From: Planctopirus limnophila DSM 3776
GTDB lineage: Bacteria > Planctomycetota > Planctomycetia > Planctomycetales > Planctomycetaceae
Direction: 5' to 3'
Assembly: GCF_000092105.1 (NCBI RefSeq)
Contig: NC_014148.1
Coordinates: 1,500,001-1,532,000 of the forward strand
DNA length: 32,000 nt
Under the pieces are notes generated by a model. It searched no databases and was not told the DNA's origin. It saw only the letters and a list, made by a program, of their open reading frames with translations. A program made the translations under genes and the position numbers. This document shows, piece by piece, positions 16,080-25,480 of this stretch (position 1 is the first letter of the stretch; each line of letters begins with the position of its first letter).

Positions 16080-16664
16080 TTAATGAGAGGTGACCGGTGG
16101 GCTCGTGGGATTCAAACTGCATGAGGGCGTCGAGCGGGGAGTCGAATTCCAGGGCATGCGAGCGATGAGTAATCCCATGGCGCAGGTATCGGTCACACCG
16201 GCAAAGACCAGACCGGCTCCGACAAAGGCAGCCAGTCCGAAGGCGTAAGGAGTGACAAAAGCTCCCAGGGCACAGCCCAGAACGACCAGCGAACCAGCCG
16301 CGATGCGAACCTGTCGCTCCAGCGACATGACTTTTTTGCCACGATGAACCGGCAGGCCGGCTGCCTCCCAGGCCTGAGTTCCCCCCTCGATATTGATGGG
16401 CTGCCAAGGGCCTGTGGCCAAGAGTTTTTCGCAGGCTTTCTTGCCTCGACCTCCAGAACGGCAGATCAGGTAGACCGTCTTGCTCTCAGGATTCACAAAA
16501 CGGGAAAGCTTCTCCGCTTCGAGCTCATCCAAAGGAATGTTGACTGCACCTTCAGCATGCACTTCCTGAAATTCCAGGGGCGTGCGAACGTCAATAATGG
16601 TCACTGGTTCTGCAGCATCAAGGCGGGTTTTCAGTTCGATGGGCAGGATGGTGGGGATCGTCAT
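16080..16664 (-). CDS. rhodanese domain + DUF2892 membrane protein (YgaP-like sulfurtransferase)
   Basis: IIDVRTPLEFQEVHAEGAVNIP...LICRSGGRGKKA gives the CRSGGRG active-site loop. Two hydrophobic helices follow, ending in GVTDTCAMGLLIARMPWN, the DUF2892 signature. Confidence 0.85.
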   Translation of the reverse strand: MTIPTILPIELKTRLDAAEPVTIIDVRTPLEFQEVHAEGAVNIPLDELEAEKLSRFVNPESKTVYLICRSGGRGKKACEKLLATGPWQPINIEGGTQAWEAAGLPVHRGKKVMSLERQVRIAAGSLVVLGCALGAFVTPYAFGLAAFVGAGLVFAGVTDTCAMGLLIARMPWNSTPRSTPSCSLNPTSPPVTSH

Positions 16665-17043
16665 GGCAACCTCACTGTTTGAAATATAGGAACCTGTCGA
16701 ACTATGTTACTGGATCTGTGCAGTTCTCTTTCAGAAAATTGACGAAAGCGATCCCTTCTTTGAAGAAATCTTCCCCAGGGGCTGGTGTCGGCTGGCCCGA
16801 TCTCATTGATTCGCCAGATTGGTTACGACGTAAGGTGTTTTTAAGTAATAAGATGCGGCAATCATTTGTTCATTTCGGTGAATCCCCGCTTCCGGCTCGC
16901 AAACGAACAGTCAAAGTTTCGCTGATCGCTGAGCTCGCGCCGGCTTGGCAGAAATCGACCGGGAACTGTGCGGATGTGTCTCTTCTGAAAGTCTCTCTGG
17001 CCGATACTGACAGGAGGGAGCGACACTTTTTCGGGAGACCGCC

Positions 17044-17991
17044 ATGCCACCACGCTTCAAGCCAGTGCAGAATTCGGTCGCCAGTGCTCTACCAACGGCC
17101 TTGCCATCGACTCATGTCGAAGGGTTTGTGGCCTATCTTCAGGGGGAGTGCGGGCTCGCGCGGAACACGGTCATTTCCTACGAGCGCGATATCAAAAGAT
17201 TCAGCGACTGGTTCCATGAATCCGGTGTGGTGCGTGTGACAGACATCACGCTACAGGATCTCTCGGGTTACTTGAGATATCTGCACGAGTTGAAACTGGC
17301 GACCAGCACAATTGCCAGGCATCTGGTTTCGCTGAAGATGTTCTTTCGGTATCTCATGCTGGAAGGGATTCTCAAAGAGAGTGTCGCCGATCTGCTGAAC
17401 TCTCCCAAGCTTTGGGAGCATTTGCCAAAGGTGCTTTCAGAAGATGCGGTTAATCGTCTTCTCGATGCCCCGATGCATCAGGATTTGAATCCTTATCGCG
17501 ACCGTGCTTTGCTGGCGGTGTTGTATGCGACGGGTTGCCGGGCCAGTGAAGTCTGCAGTCTGAAAATGCGCGATCTGCAACTTGACGAAGGCTTTTGCCG
17601 CTGTGTGGGCAAAGGGAATAAGGAGCGTCTAGTCTCTTTGAATCCAGTCGCAGTCTCAGCACTGAAGACCTATCTGGCCAGAGAGCGCCCCGCTCGCGCG
17701 GGAACGAACCTCGACAGTCCGGTGTTTACCTCGAGATCTGGTCGATCCATCGACCGCATTCAGGTCTGGAAACTCGTCAAGAGGTATGCCTCACGGATTG
17801 GATTAAGCGATGCGGTCACGCCGCATACTTTGAGGCACAGTTTTGCCACCCATATGCTGGCCAATGGAGCCGAAATTCGTGCACTGCAGGAACTGCTGGG
17901 GCATGCCAGTATTCGCACAACTCAGATCTACACCCATGTCGAACATTCCCGGCTCAAGGCCATCCACAAACAATGCCACCCCCGCGGGTAA
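17044..17991 (+). CDS. xerD: site-specific tyrosine recombinase XerD
   Basis: ARNTVISYERDI, VLYATGCRASEV, GKGNKERLV, LRHSFATHML, LLGHASIRTTQIYTHV and the C-terminal LKAIHKQCHPRG all match XerD. The R..HxxR..Y catalytic residues are present. Confidence 0.9.
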   Translation: MPPRFKPVQNSVASALPTALPSTHVEGFVAYLQGECGLARNTVISYERDIKRFSDWFHESGVVRVTDITLQDLSGYLRYLHELKLATSTIARHLVSLKMFFRYLMLEGILKESVADLLNSPKLWEHLPKVLSEDAVNRLLDAPMHQDLNPYRDRALLAVLYATGCRASEVCSLKMRDLQLDEGFCRCVGKGNKERLVSLNPVAVSALKTYLARERPARAGTNLDSPVFTSRSGRSIDRIQVWKLVKRYASRIGLSDAVTPHTLRHSFATHMLANGAEIRALQELLGHASIRTTQIYTHVEHSRLKAIHKQCHPRG

Positions 17992-18031
17992 AAGAAAAAG
18001 ACCTGCACCAACGTGAGGTTGATGCAGGTCT
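17989..18031 (-). terminator. rho-independent terminator between convergent genes
   Basis: AGACCTGCA (17999-18007) and TGCAGGTCT (18023-18031) form a 9-bp stem. On the - strand it is followed by TTTTTCTTTT. On the + strand the tail is only TTGAAAA. Confidence 0.6.
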
Positions 18032-18061
18032 TGAAAAGTCATCGCTCAGTGGATACTTCGA

Positions 18062-19429
18062 CTACACGCCTGGTGCCGGAGCAGCAGGAGTTGTTTCCGG
18101 AATCGGAGCGATCGGTGGTTTGGCGGTATCGGTTGGTGTCGGCACACCAGCAGCCGGAGCAGAAACTCCGCCGCAGCTTCCATCAGCACAGCCGCCGGCA
18201 CAAGCTCCAGTTACGCAACTGTTGCAGGCGGTCGTTGGGCAGACAGTCTGTGGCACTAACCGACAGACTTCGTAGTTTTCGACGCGGGGAACGCAACGCG
18301 TCACATAGCGAGTACAGTTCACGTTCTCAGTGCGAGGAACGCAGCGTGCCACGCGACGAGTGACCGTAAATGGCTCCTGACGGGTGACGCAGAACGGAAC
18401 GCGGCAAGTCTTGGTCTCGGTAACCATCTTGCAGGTGCGAACAGGAATCTTGCGGACGCATTCTTCGCTCACCATCTTGCAGGTGCGAACGGGTACCTTC
18501 TGGCTGACAACCTGTTCCGTCCAGCGGCAAACCTGCACAGGCACCTGATCAACAACCGTTTCGCAGGTCATGCGGCAAACTCGCTGAGGAACCTTGGTCA
18601 CGACCACTTCGGGAACGAGGCGGCAGACTGTCACCGGGCAGGACTGACGAACCTGACGTGTCACGTAAGTGGTGCAGGGGATCTGGCGTTCCACAACTTG
18701 TGGGCACCAGACACGACGGCAAACCACGGGACCTGGTCTTTGAACCATCGTCAACCGTGGACATCCACAGGCATCTGGGACCAGTGTCGGGCAGCAGCGA
18801 CCAGGGAGTTGAACCTGCTGTGTCACCCAGCGGCCACAATCCTGGCGAACTGTGCGGAAGGTTGTCACTGGCTCGCAGACATTGAAGCAGCGTTCCTGGT
18901 TGACAGTCTCTGTCACCTGACGCATGACCGTCTGGCGGCACTCACGCTCGATGGTTTCAAAGACTGGGCGCTGCACGACGCGACGACACTCGCGCATCTG
19001 TGTTTCATAAACCGGGCGGCGAACCGTGTAACTGCAGTCGCGGAAGCTGGTCTCAAAGACTGGCTTCTGAACTGTGTAACGCTCTTCGCGGCAACTGGTT
19101 TCGTAGACGGGCCGACAGACCTGGTACGATTGTTCCCGATACTGGGTTTCAACTACGTTGCGGTAGCAAGTTTCCTGAACATCTTCGAATGTCTGGTCAT
19201 AGACGGTGCGTTGAACTGTAAACTGCTGTGGTTCTTGAACGGTGTCGTACACAGTTCGCTGACAGGTTTGCCGTTCAACGCGGCAGGTGGTGTAGCAGGC
19301 CGTCGGCTGGCACGCTGTGGTTGGACAACAGCTATAGCTGGCTGCCCCGCAATACCTGGCCGCTTCGGCAAACTGTCCACTCGCCATCGTGACCAGCGTG
19401 ATCGCTGCGCTGATCCAAAAATTCTTCAT
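18062..19429 (-). CDS. secreted Cys-rich repeat protein (YTV-type repeats)
   Basis: Signal peptide MKNFWISAAITLVTMASGQFAEA. Repeated units such as ERYTVQKPVFET, CSYTVRRPVYET and VVQRPVFET are followed by many VCR/TCK units. I count about 43 Cys in 455 aa. The tail is rich in Gly, Ala and Pro. Confidence 0.8.
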   Translation of the reverse strand: MKNFWISAAITLVTMASGQFAEAARYCGAASYSCCPTTACQPTACYTTCRVERQTCQRTVYDTVQEPQQFTVQRTVYDQTFEDVQETCYRNVVETQYREQSYQVCRPVYETSCREERYTVQKPVFETSFRDCSYTVRRPVYETQMRECRRVVQRPVFETIERECRQTVMRQVTETVNQERCFNVCEPVTTFRTVRQDCGRWVTQQVQLPGRCCPTLVPDACGCPRLTMVQRPGPVVCRRVWCPQVVERQIPCTTYVTRQVRQSCPVTVCRLVPEVVVTKVPQRVCRMTCETVVDQVPVQVCRWTEQVVSQKVPVRTCKMVSEECVRKIPVRTCKMVTETKTCRVPFCVTRQEPFTVTRRVARCVPRTENVNCTRYVTRCVPRVENYEVCRLVPQTVCPTTACNSCVTGACAGGCADGSCGGVSAPAAGVPTPTDTAKPPIAPIPETTPAAPAPGV

Positions 19430-20229
19430 TTCCGTTCCCCCTGGAGAATACTTACCGTCATGTTTGTTCAGTCGTCCCGCTCAATCCCGAAGTTCACTGA
19501 AGAACTCACAACCGGAAATGACTTGGAAAATCATGTTTCAGGTGTGCTTCAATGTCCGCATCACTTGGTAATGAGTGGGTGGGTGTGCAGTGACAGAAAC
19601 CGCGTTTACCCGACTTTAACCAATTTCCTCAATGCCGCCGAATCGCTGGATTCCCTAAAACTCCAACAGCCCGGCATTATGCGCATTCTGACACACCAGT
19701 TGCAAAGGAATAGTTCTGCAGGGAGGGGGCCGTCCGCAAAAACCGTATGCAAAGGCGATCAAGTTTACCCGAACACCACAGATGAGGTGCCGGGTCACTG
19801 CCAAAGGATAGATCGAATTCATGCCAGCAGAGCCACTTCTTTGCAGAAGACGATGCTCCACGTCATGTGGTCTTCAGATAATCGTCATCATGACGATCAT
19901 ATCGCCCAATCACAGGGTAACGTGCCGAGCCGAAAAAACATGGAAAAATTGTCGGGCTCTGCGGACTTTCGATTGGACGGTTTGAAATCGCCATGACCGT
20001 CATCGAAGATTTTTCAGGACTTTGTTGAGTCGAGGGCTCTCCTTAAGAGCTGTTTGAATCGGAGGTTATGGGGAAATACCGTGCCGCAAGCTCTCGATGC
20101 GGGGCAGGGAAAAAATGGTTTTTGCGCAGCAGCCATTCTGAAAAGATGCTCCTGGATAGTCTGTGAAGCCGGCAGAGACTATTGTCAGATATCCAACTTC
20201 TCCCATTAAAAAACCACTGGTTTCCGCGA

Positions 20230-21042
20230 ATGCACATTCTCTTAGTCAACGATGACGGCATCCACGCGCCCGGCCTCAATAGTTTGCATGCCGAACTGGT
20301 GAAGTTCGCCCAGGTGACCGTTGTGGCTCCGGCTGTCGAACAAAGTGGGGTCGGGCACTCGATCACTTATCTGCATCCACTTCTGGCCCATCGTGAGTAT
20401 CGGCAGGACGAGTTTTTTGGCTGGAAAGTCGAGGGGAGCCCGGCTGACTGCGTGAAACTCGGCATCATGGAACTGGCGCAGCCTCGGCCAGATCTGGTGG
20501 TGAGTGGCATCAATCACGGGGCGAATGTGGGTATCAACATTCTGTATTCAGGGACGGTGGCCGCTGCGATTGAAGGGGCTTTTTTCGGAGTGACCTCTTT
20601 CGCACTGTCGCAATGGCTGGGGAATAGTGCGCCGAGATTCCCCCAAGCTGCGCGCCTGGGGGCTCAACTCATCCAGCAGATTATGGCCCGAAATCCACCC
20701 ACAGGATCGCTCTGGAATATCAACTTTCCCACGTGGTCTACAAAAGACCAATCCTCAGATGAGCCTTGGCCCAGGGGAGTCCGGTTGACTTCGATGGGAG
20801 TCAGCAGGCAACGGGAGACTTTGGAAAAACGGATCGACCCCAGAGGACGCACTTATTACTGGACAGGTCTGGAACCTATTCATGGTCATGAGCTGGTTGA
20901 AGGGAGTGATGTGGCGGCCCTGGTCGATGGCTATGTGACTGTCACTCCATTGCACTTTGATCTGACCAGTCGAGCTCAGCTCATGCAAGCCGAGGCGAAC
21001 TGGTCACCGCTCGTCATCCCGCCGCAGCATGATCAGGAATGA
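20230..21042 (+). CDS. surE: 5'/3'-nucleotidase SurE
   Basis: MHILLVNDDGIHAPGL...VVAPAVEQSGVGHSIT...SGINHGANVGINILYSGTVAAAIEG are the SurE signatures. ATG at 20230; the track ORF starts at TTG 20182. Confidence 0.9.
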   Translation: MHILLVNDDGIHAPGLNSLHAELVKFAQVTVVAPAVEQSGVGHSITYLHPLLAHREYRQDEFFGWKVEGSPADCVKLGIMELAQPRPDLVVSGINHGANVGINILYSGTVAAAIEGAFFGVTSFALSQWLGNSAPRFPQAARLGAQLIQQIMARNPPTGSLWNINFPTWSTKDQSSDEPWPRGVRLTSMGVSRQRETLEKRIDPRGRTYYWTGLEPIHGHELVEGSDVAALVDGYVTVTPLHFDLTSRAQLMQAEANWSPLVIPPQHDQE

Positions 21043-22015
21043 GCCTTTGGAACAATTACCCGAAGTGCATCCTGAGGCATCAAAACCAACGTCGAATACC
21101 TTTCGGCAGTTGAGATATCGAGATGCGCTCTTTGGAGCCTGGCTGGGCCTGTGGATCAATCTGGCTTTAGGAATCATCAAGTTGATCGCCGGGATTATCG
21201 GTCAATCCTTTGCGCTGCTGGCCGATGCCTTCAATTCATTGAGTGACTGTGTCACTTCGTCGGCGGTGATCTTCGCACTCAACTATTCGCAAAGGCCTGC
21301 CAACTCAAACCATCCCTATGGTTTCTCGAAAGCCGAGGCTCTCGCGGGCTCGCATGTCGCTCTGGCAATTCTCATTTCGTGCTTTCTTCTCGGATGGGAA
21401 GCGATCGAAAGGCTCACAGTCCAGCACGGTTTGCCACCGTGGTGGACATTGGCGGTGGCGGCAGCGAATGCGGTCATTAAAGAGTCGCTTTACTGGTACA
21501 AATTGAAGATTGCCAAAAGCACTGGCAGCACCGCATTGCTCGCCCATGCCTGGGATCACCGCAACGATGCTCTCTGTTCTGTGGCCGTACTCATTGGCCT
21601 GAGTGTCGTGCGCATCGGCGGCGAGGCCTGGCGATCAGCAGATGAGGTCGCTTCGCTCGTGGTGGTATGTGTGGTCGGTTTTTCCGCAGCCAGCATCTTT
21701 CGGCAAAGTCTTCGCGAGATGCTGGATCTGCAAATCGATGAAACTGAAGTGGATGCCATGCGCGCCACTGTCCAGAAAGTTCCCGGAGTGCAGGGCATTG
21801 AAAAGTTTCGCGTTCGGAAATCAGGGATTGAACAGATTGCCGAACTGCACTTGCGGCTCCCTGCGGAAATCACCGTTTTCGCAGGACATGCTCTCGCTCA
21901 TCAGGTGAAAGCCGAACTGATGCAGCAGCATCCCATGCTGAGAGATGTGATCATTCACGTCGAACCGGCAAGCGAACCAGCCAGCCACAGTTCGCCGGAA
22001 GAATCAGCAAGATGA
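21029..22015 (+). CDS. cation diffusion facilitator (CDF) family transporter
   Basis: IIGQSFALLADAFNSLSDC...HPYGFSKAEALAG...HAWDHRNDAL plus a C-terminal cytoplasmic domain. It overlaps the surE end by 14 nt. Confidence 0.9.
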   Translation: MIRNEPLEQLPEVHPEASKPTSNTFRQLRYRDALFGAWLGLWINLALGIIKLIAGIIGQSFALLADAFNSLSDCVTSSAVIFALNYSQRPANSNHPYGFSKAEALAGSHVALAILISCFLLGWEAIERLTVQHGLPPWWTLAVAAANAVIKESLYWYKLKIAKSTGSTALLAHAWDHRNDALCSVAVLIGLSVVRIGGEAWRSADEVASLVVVCVVGFSAASIFRQSLREMLDLQIDETEVDAMRATVQKVPGVQGIEKFRVRKSGIEQIAELHLRLPAEITVFAGHALAHQVKAELMQQHPMLRDVIIHVEPASEPASHSSPEESAR

Positions 22016-22052
22016 CCACATGGACAATTCGGCAATGTCTCCACAGAAGTTG

Positions 22053-23348
22053 TCACGCCCAGATGGCACCTTCTGGAAATCGATAGGCCGCAATGGTCTC
22101 GGGAAGCATTTCGATGCTGTAACCCGGTGCCAAAGGAGCCTGGTAGCGCCCATTCTTCATCGATATCGGATGCATGAAATGTTCATGCAGATGACCGGCA
22201 TGTTCGCAGAAGCGATTCTCCCAGCTGCCGCTGATCGCAATGAAGTCAATCATCGAGAGATGCTGTACGTATTCGCATAACCCGACACCACCGGCGTGGG
22301 GGCAAACGGGGATCCCAAATTTTTCTGCCAGCAGCATGACCGCCAGAACTTCGTTCACACCTCCCAGGCGGCAGCTATCAATCTGACAGATGCCAATCGC
22401 CCCCGCCTGCAGAAACTGTTTGAACATCACTCGGTTGGCGCAATGCTCGCCAGTGGCGACGGCAATCGGATGCACCGCTTTGGCAATGGCCGCGTGACCA
22501 AGAATATCATCCGGGCTGGTGGGTTCTTCGATGAACCAAGGGTGGAATTTCGCGAGTTCACGTACCCAGTCGATTGCCGTCGAGACATCCCAGACCTGAT
22601 TCGCATCGATCATGAGGCGGCGCTCAGGGCCAATCTCTTCGCGAATGATCGTTAAGCGACGGAGATCGTCTTCGAGGTTTCGCCCCACTTTGACTTTGAA
22701 GACTTCCCAGCCTTGCGCCAGATTGGAGCGACACAACTGTCTCAGTTTCTCATCGGAGTATCCCAGCCAACCGGCACTGGTGGTGTAGGCGGGATAGCCT
22801 GTGGCCAGCAACTGCTCGACGCGCGCCGATTTGCCAGCCACTTTTCGTTCGAGACGTTCGATCGCTTCAGCGGGTGTCAGCGCATCGGTCAGGTATCGGA
22901 AGTCGATACAGTTGACCAATTGCGCCGGAGTGAAGTCCGTGACAAGTTTCCAGAGGGGCTTCTTTTCGATTTTCGCCCAGAGATCCCAGAGCGCATTGAC
23001 CAGAGCCGCCGTGGCGAGATGGATCACACCTTTCTCAGGGCCCAGCCAGCGTAACTGGCTGTCACCCGTCAGTTCGCGCCAGAATTGGCCGGGAGCTTCG
23101 GTGAACTCGCGCAGATCTCGACCAATGAGGAGTTTGCCCAGCGATTCAATGGCCGCCACACACAGTTCATTTCCTCGACCGATGGTAAATGTCATGCCAT
23201 GCCCCACAGGGAGCGAAGCATCATCAGTTTTGAGAATCACATACGCGGCTGAATAATCAGGATCCGGATTCATGGCATCGGAACCATCCAGCAGACGCGA
23301 GGTGGGAAAACGGAGATCAATGGCCTGAATCCCGGAGATTTTGGGCAT
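22053..23348 (-). CDS. fucD: L-fuconate dehydratase (enolase superfamily)
   Basis: DLRFPTSRLLDGSDAMNPDPDYSAAYVILKTDD, DSQLRWLGPEKGV, GYPAYTTSAGWLGYSDEKL and IEEPTSPDDILGHAAI closely follow the Xanthomonas FucD sequence as I recall it. Confidence 0.85.
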   Translation of the reverse strand: MPKISGIQAIDLRFPTSRLLDGSDAMNPDPDYSAAYVILKTDDASLPVGHGMTFTIGRGNELCVAAIESLGKLLIGRDLREFTEAPGQFWRELTGDSQLRWLGPEKGVIHLATAALVNALWDLWAKIEKKPLWKLVTDFTPAQLVNCIDFRYLTDALTPAEAIERLERKVAGKSARVEQLLATGYPAYTTSAGWLGYSDEKLRQLCRSNLAQGWEVFKVKVGRNLEDDLRRLTIIREEIGPERRLMIDANQVWDVSTAIDWVRELAKFHPWFIEEPTSPDDILGHAAIAKAVHPIAVATGEHCANRVMFKQFLQAGAIGICQIDSCRLGGVNEVLAVMLLAEKFGIPVCPHAGGVGLCEYVQHLSMIDFIAISGSWENRFCEHAGHLHEHFMHPISMKNGRYQAPLAPGYSIEMLPETIAAYRFPEGAIWA

Positions 23349-23400
23349 AAGGCAACTCCCGCAGCACGATCAAGTTGAAGAATATTGCCACAACCACCCA

Positions 23401-24771
23401 CTACCACTTGGTGCGACCGGAACGCTCAAGTGAGAGAACAGAGCTCCCATTGCGGAAGACGGTGACTGTCCCGGTGGATTGGCTGACTGTGATCGCCATC
23501 GCTTGTGTGTGAGCCGAGATGGCGGCTGCGGTTTGATGACGTGCCCCCAGCCCATGGGCCACACTTCCCGAAGCCGATTTGGGAGTGAGGTAGGTTCCCG
23601 CAGAAAGCACAGTTCCGTCGCCCTGAATGATAAAAGCCCCGTCGATGAGAGCGAACTCCTTCATCGTTTCTGCCAGGCTCGGATCGAGGACATTTCGCAG
23701 TTGCCGGGCATAACCATGAAAAGGGTTGAGCACGAGTTGCTGTGAGTGCCTTAGTACCTGACGGGAATCACCAATCACGAACAAGGCACCAATAGGGTGC
23801 GCTTCGCGACCTTCGGCGGCAATCTCGATCGCGAGAGTCAAGACGCGCAGCATGACGGCGGGACGGACGACATCGGCACCACGTCGATTTTTCTCTGAGA
23901 GCATCGCCCGAAAATGGACTTCCGGTTTTGTGACATTGATGCTGTCGAGCCGGCGACCATCGGGGCCTGTCACACAGACCACGCTGTTTTTTTCGGTGAG
24001 TAAACCGCTGGATGCAGCTAATAGCAAGCCCAGATTGGCGCGATCTGCACGGGAAAGCGATGCGTGTGCCACATCAAAAATATGCAGATCTTCTCGCTTG
24101 TGGTCGAACTCTTCAGAGTGTTGCGAAGTGACCAGGAGCAGGCGGCCCTTGTAGTTGGCCAGTGCCTCCCACGGAACGTTCTCCACTCGTTCGACCGCCA
24201 GAAGCAAAGCCTGGGCGGCGAGGCTTTCTGTCAGTTGAATGGCAGTCTTCACCATATTGACAGTCAGGCGGGGAATGCTCGGCCCACGGACGGGACGATT
24301 CTCGGGTTGAATGCCCGCTTGTGTCATCAGGAGCAGATCGATGGCCTTGATGTCTTTGGCGTCAATCAGGTTTTGTCGGAAGTCGGGACTTTTCAGCAGT
24401 TCGGCAAGAGCAGCGAGGACTTCCACATGTGTCTGTTGCAGTCGGCGCCCAATGACCAGGAGCACAATCAGTTGGACATTAACGCCCGCAGGCCCGCCAT
24501 AATCGACACGGGTTTTGCTGCGACCAAGCACGATGCGGAAGTCACCATCCCAGTCGATAAATGCATGTGGTAATGCAAAGTCATTAGCCACAAGAGTTTG
24601 TGCGGCGGCCTCACGTTCCTCGATGGCTTCGAGAACATTTTCGGGATTGATTCCATCATCATCCCAGTTGGCGGCCTGAACCAGAGCGCGGATCGCTCCC
24701 TGACGCGTTTTGGCAGTCAACTCGACAATCCGGATTCCACTGACCAGGTCTGCCAGATCCACGATGATCAC
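23401..24771 (-). CDS. PTS EIIA-2 domain / linker domain / diadenylate cyclase (DAC) domain fusion protein
   Basis: The N-terminus (IRIVELTAKTRQGAIRALV...ILEAIEEREAAAQTLVANDFALPHA) is PTS_EIIA_2-like. The C-terminus (IGALFVIGD...IDGAFIIQGDGTVLSAGTYL...GLGARHQTAAAIS...VSQSTGTVTVFRNG) parallels the CdaA/DisA DAC domain. GTG start at 24771. Confidence 0.8.
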   Translation of the reverse strand: MIIVDLADLVSGIRIVELTAKTRQGAIRALVQAANWDDDGINPENVLEAIEEREAAAQTLVANDFALPHAFIDWDGDFRIVLGRSKTRVDYGGPAGVNVQLIVLLVIGRRLQQTHVEVLAALAELLKSPDFRQNLIDAKDIKAIDLLLMTQAGIQPENRPVRGPSIPRLTVNMVKTAIQLTESLAAQALLLAVERVENVPWEALANYKGRLLLVTSQHSEEFDHKREDLHIFDVAHASLSRADRANLGLLLAASSGLLTEKNSVVCVTGPDGRRLDSINVTKPEVHFRAMLSEKNRRGADVVRPAVMLRVLTLAIEIAAEGREAHPIGALFVIGDSRQVLRHSQQLVLNPFHGYARQLRNVLDPSLAETMKEFALIDGAFIIQGDGTVLSAGTYLTPKSASGSVAHGLGARHQTAAAISAHTQAMAITVSQSTGTVTVFRNGSSVLSLERSGRTKW

Positions 24772-25117
24772 CCCCGGAAGCTGACTGTAACTGATTTCAT
24801 CAAATGTCCCAACTTCTGTGATTATCAGTAGTTATAAACATGAGATGATTTTGTGCCAACCCCACGAAATTCGCGAAGTTCACTTTCTCGGCAGTCGATC
24901 AAAAATCTCTGGAGAGGCAAGGTGCGTTAGTGGTGAGAGGAAACGAGCAGGTTGAGAAAGTGTTGAGAAATGCTGTTTTTTTCGTGAATTTTACTCTCAG
25001 TCAACTTTAAGTCGATTTCCGAACTTGTCTCGAATCGATAGATGGCGTAATAATTTATGGACATGGTGACTGTTGGTTCATGTAAGGGCTGGTGGTAAAT
25101 GGCTTGAAGGTGTACAG

Positions 25118-25480
25118 ATGGCGCAGTTTCATCCAGGTGACTATGTGGTTTTTCGAATCACCAAGTTCAGTACTGAGCCTGGGCCGCGTGCCCAGGATGT
25201 GCGCCCTGCCCCTTATGGCGAAACTTACAACTACTACGTTGATAAGTACTGGACAGTTCGCTCAGTCTCTCCTGATGGCACCTTGCAACTGGTGACTCGT
25301 CGAGGCAAGCAGCATCAAGTCGCCATGAATGATCCCAGACTTCGGCATGCGACTTTGTTTGAGAAGTGGTTCAAAGCAGATCGCTTTCCCACAAAAGACA
25401 CCTTTTCTCAGGTCTCGCAGAACGGCATGACTGGTCCGGATACCGGGCGGGTTCCACAGATTTCTGGTGGGATGCGCTGA
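25118..25480 (+). CDS. hypothetical protein
   Basis: ATG at 25118 with GAAGG upstream. The 120-aa ORF MAQFHPGDYVVFRITKF... has coding-like composition. No motif recognised. Confidence 0.5.
   Translation: MAQFHPGDYVVFRITKFSTEPGPRAQDVRPAPYGETYNYYVDKYWTVRSVSPDGTLQLVTRRGKQHQVAMNDPRLRHATLFEKWFKADRFPTKDTFSQVSQNGMTGPDTGRVPQISGGMR

Noticed and set aside
16748-16775. CTTC-TTT-GAAG-AAA-TCTTC alternating inverted GAA blocks, resembling a eukaryotic heat-shock element
   Set aside because: HSF-type elements have no known bacterial counterpart. The blocks are short enough to arise by chance.
16679-17239. 186-aa + ORF upstream of and overlapping xerD
   Set aside because: It overlaps the xerD start in another frame and has no motifs. 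I checked it as a possible missing ArsR/CsoR-type regulator and found no helix-turn-helix-like sequence.
18698-19996. 432-aa + strand ORF, the longest unexplained ORF in the track
   Set aside because: It runs antisense to the YTV repeat gene, whose - strand frame has a clean signal peptide and periodic repeats. The + frame has no motifs. It stays open only because of the skewed codon content of the opposite strand, and its tail crosses obviously non-coding sequence.
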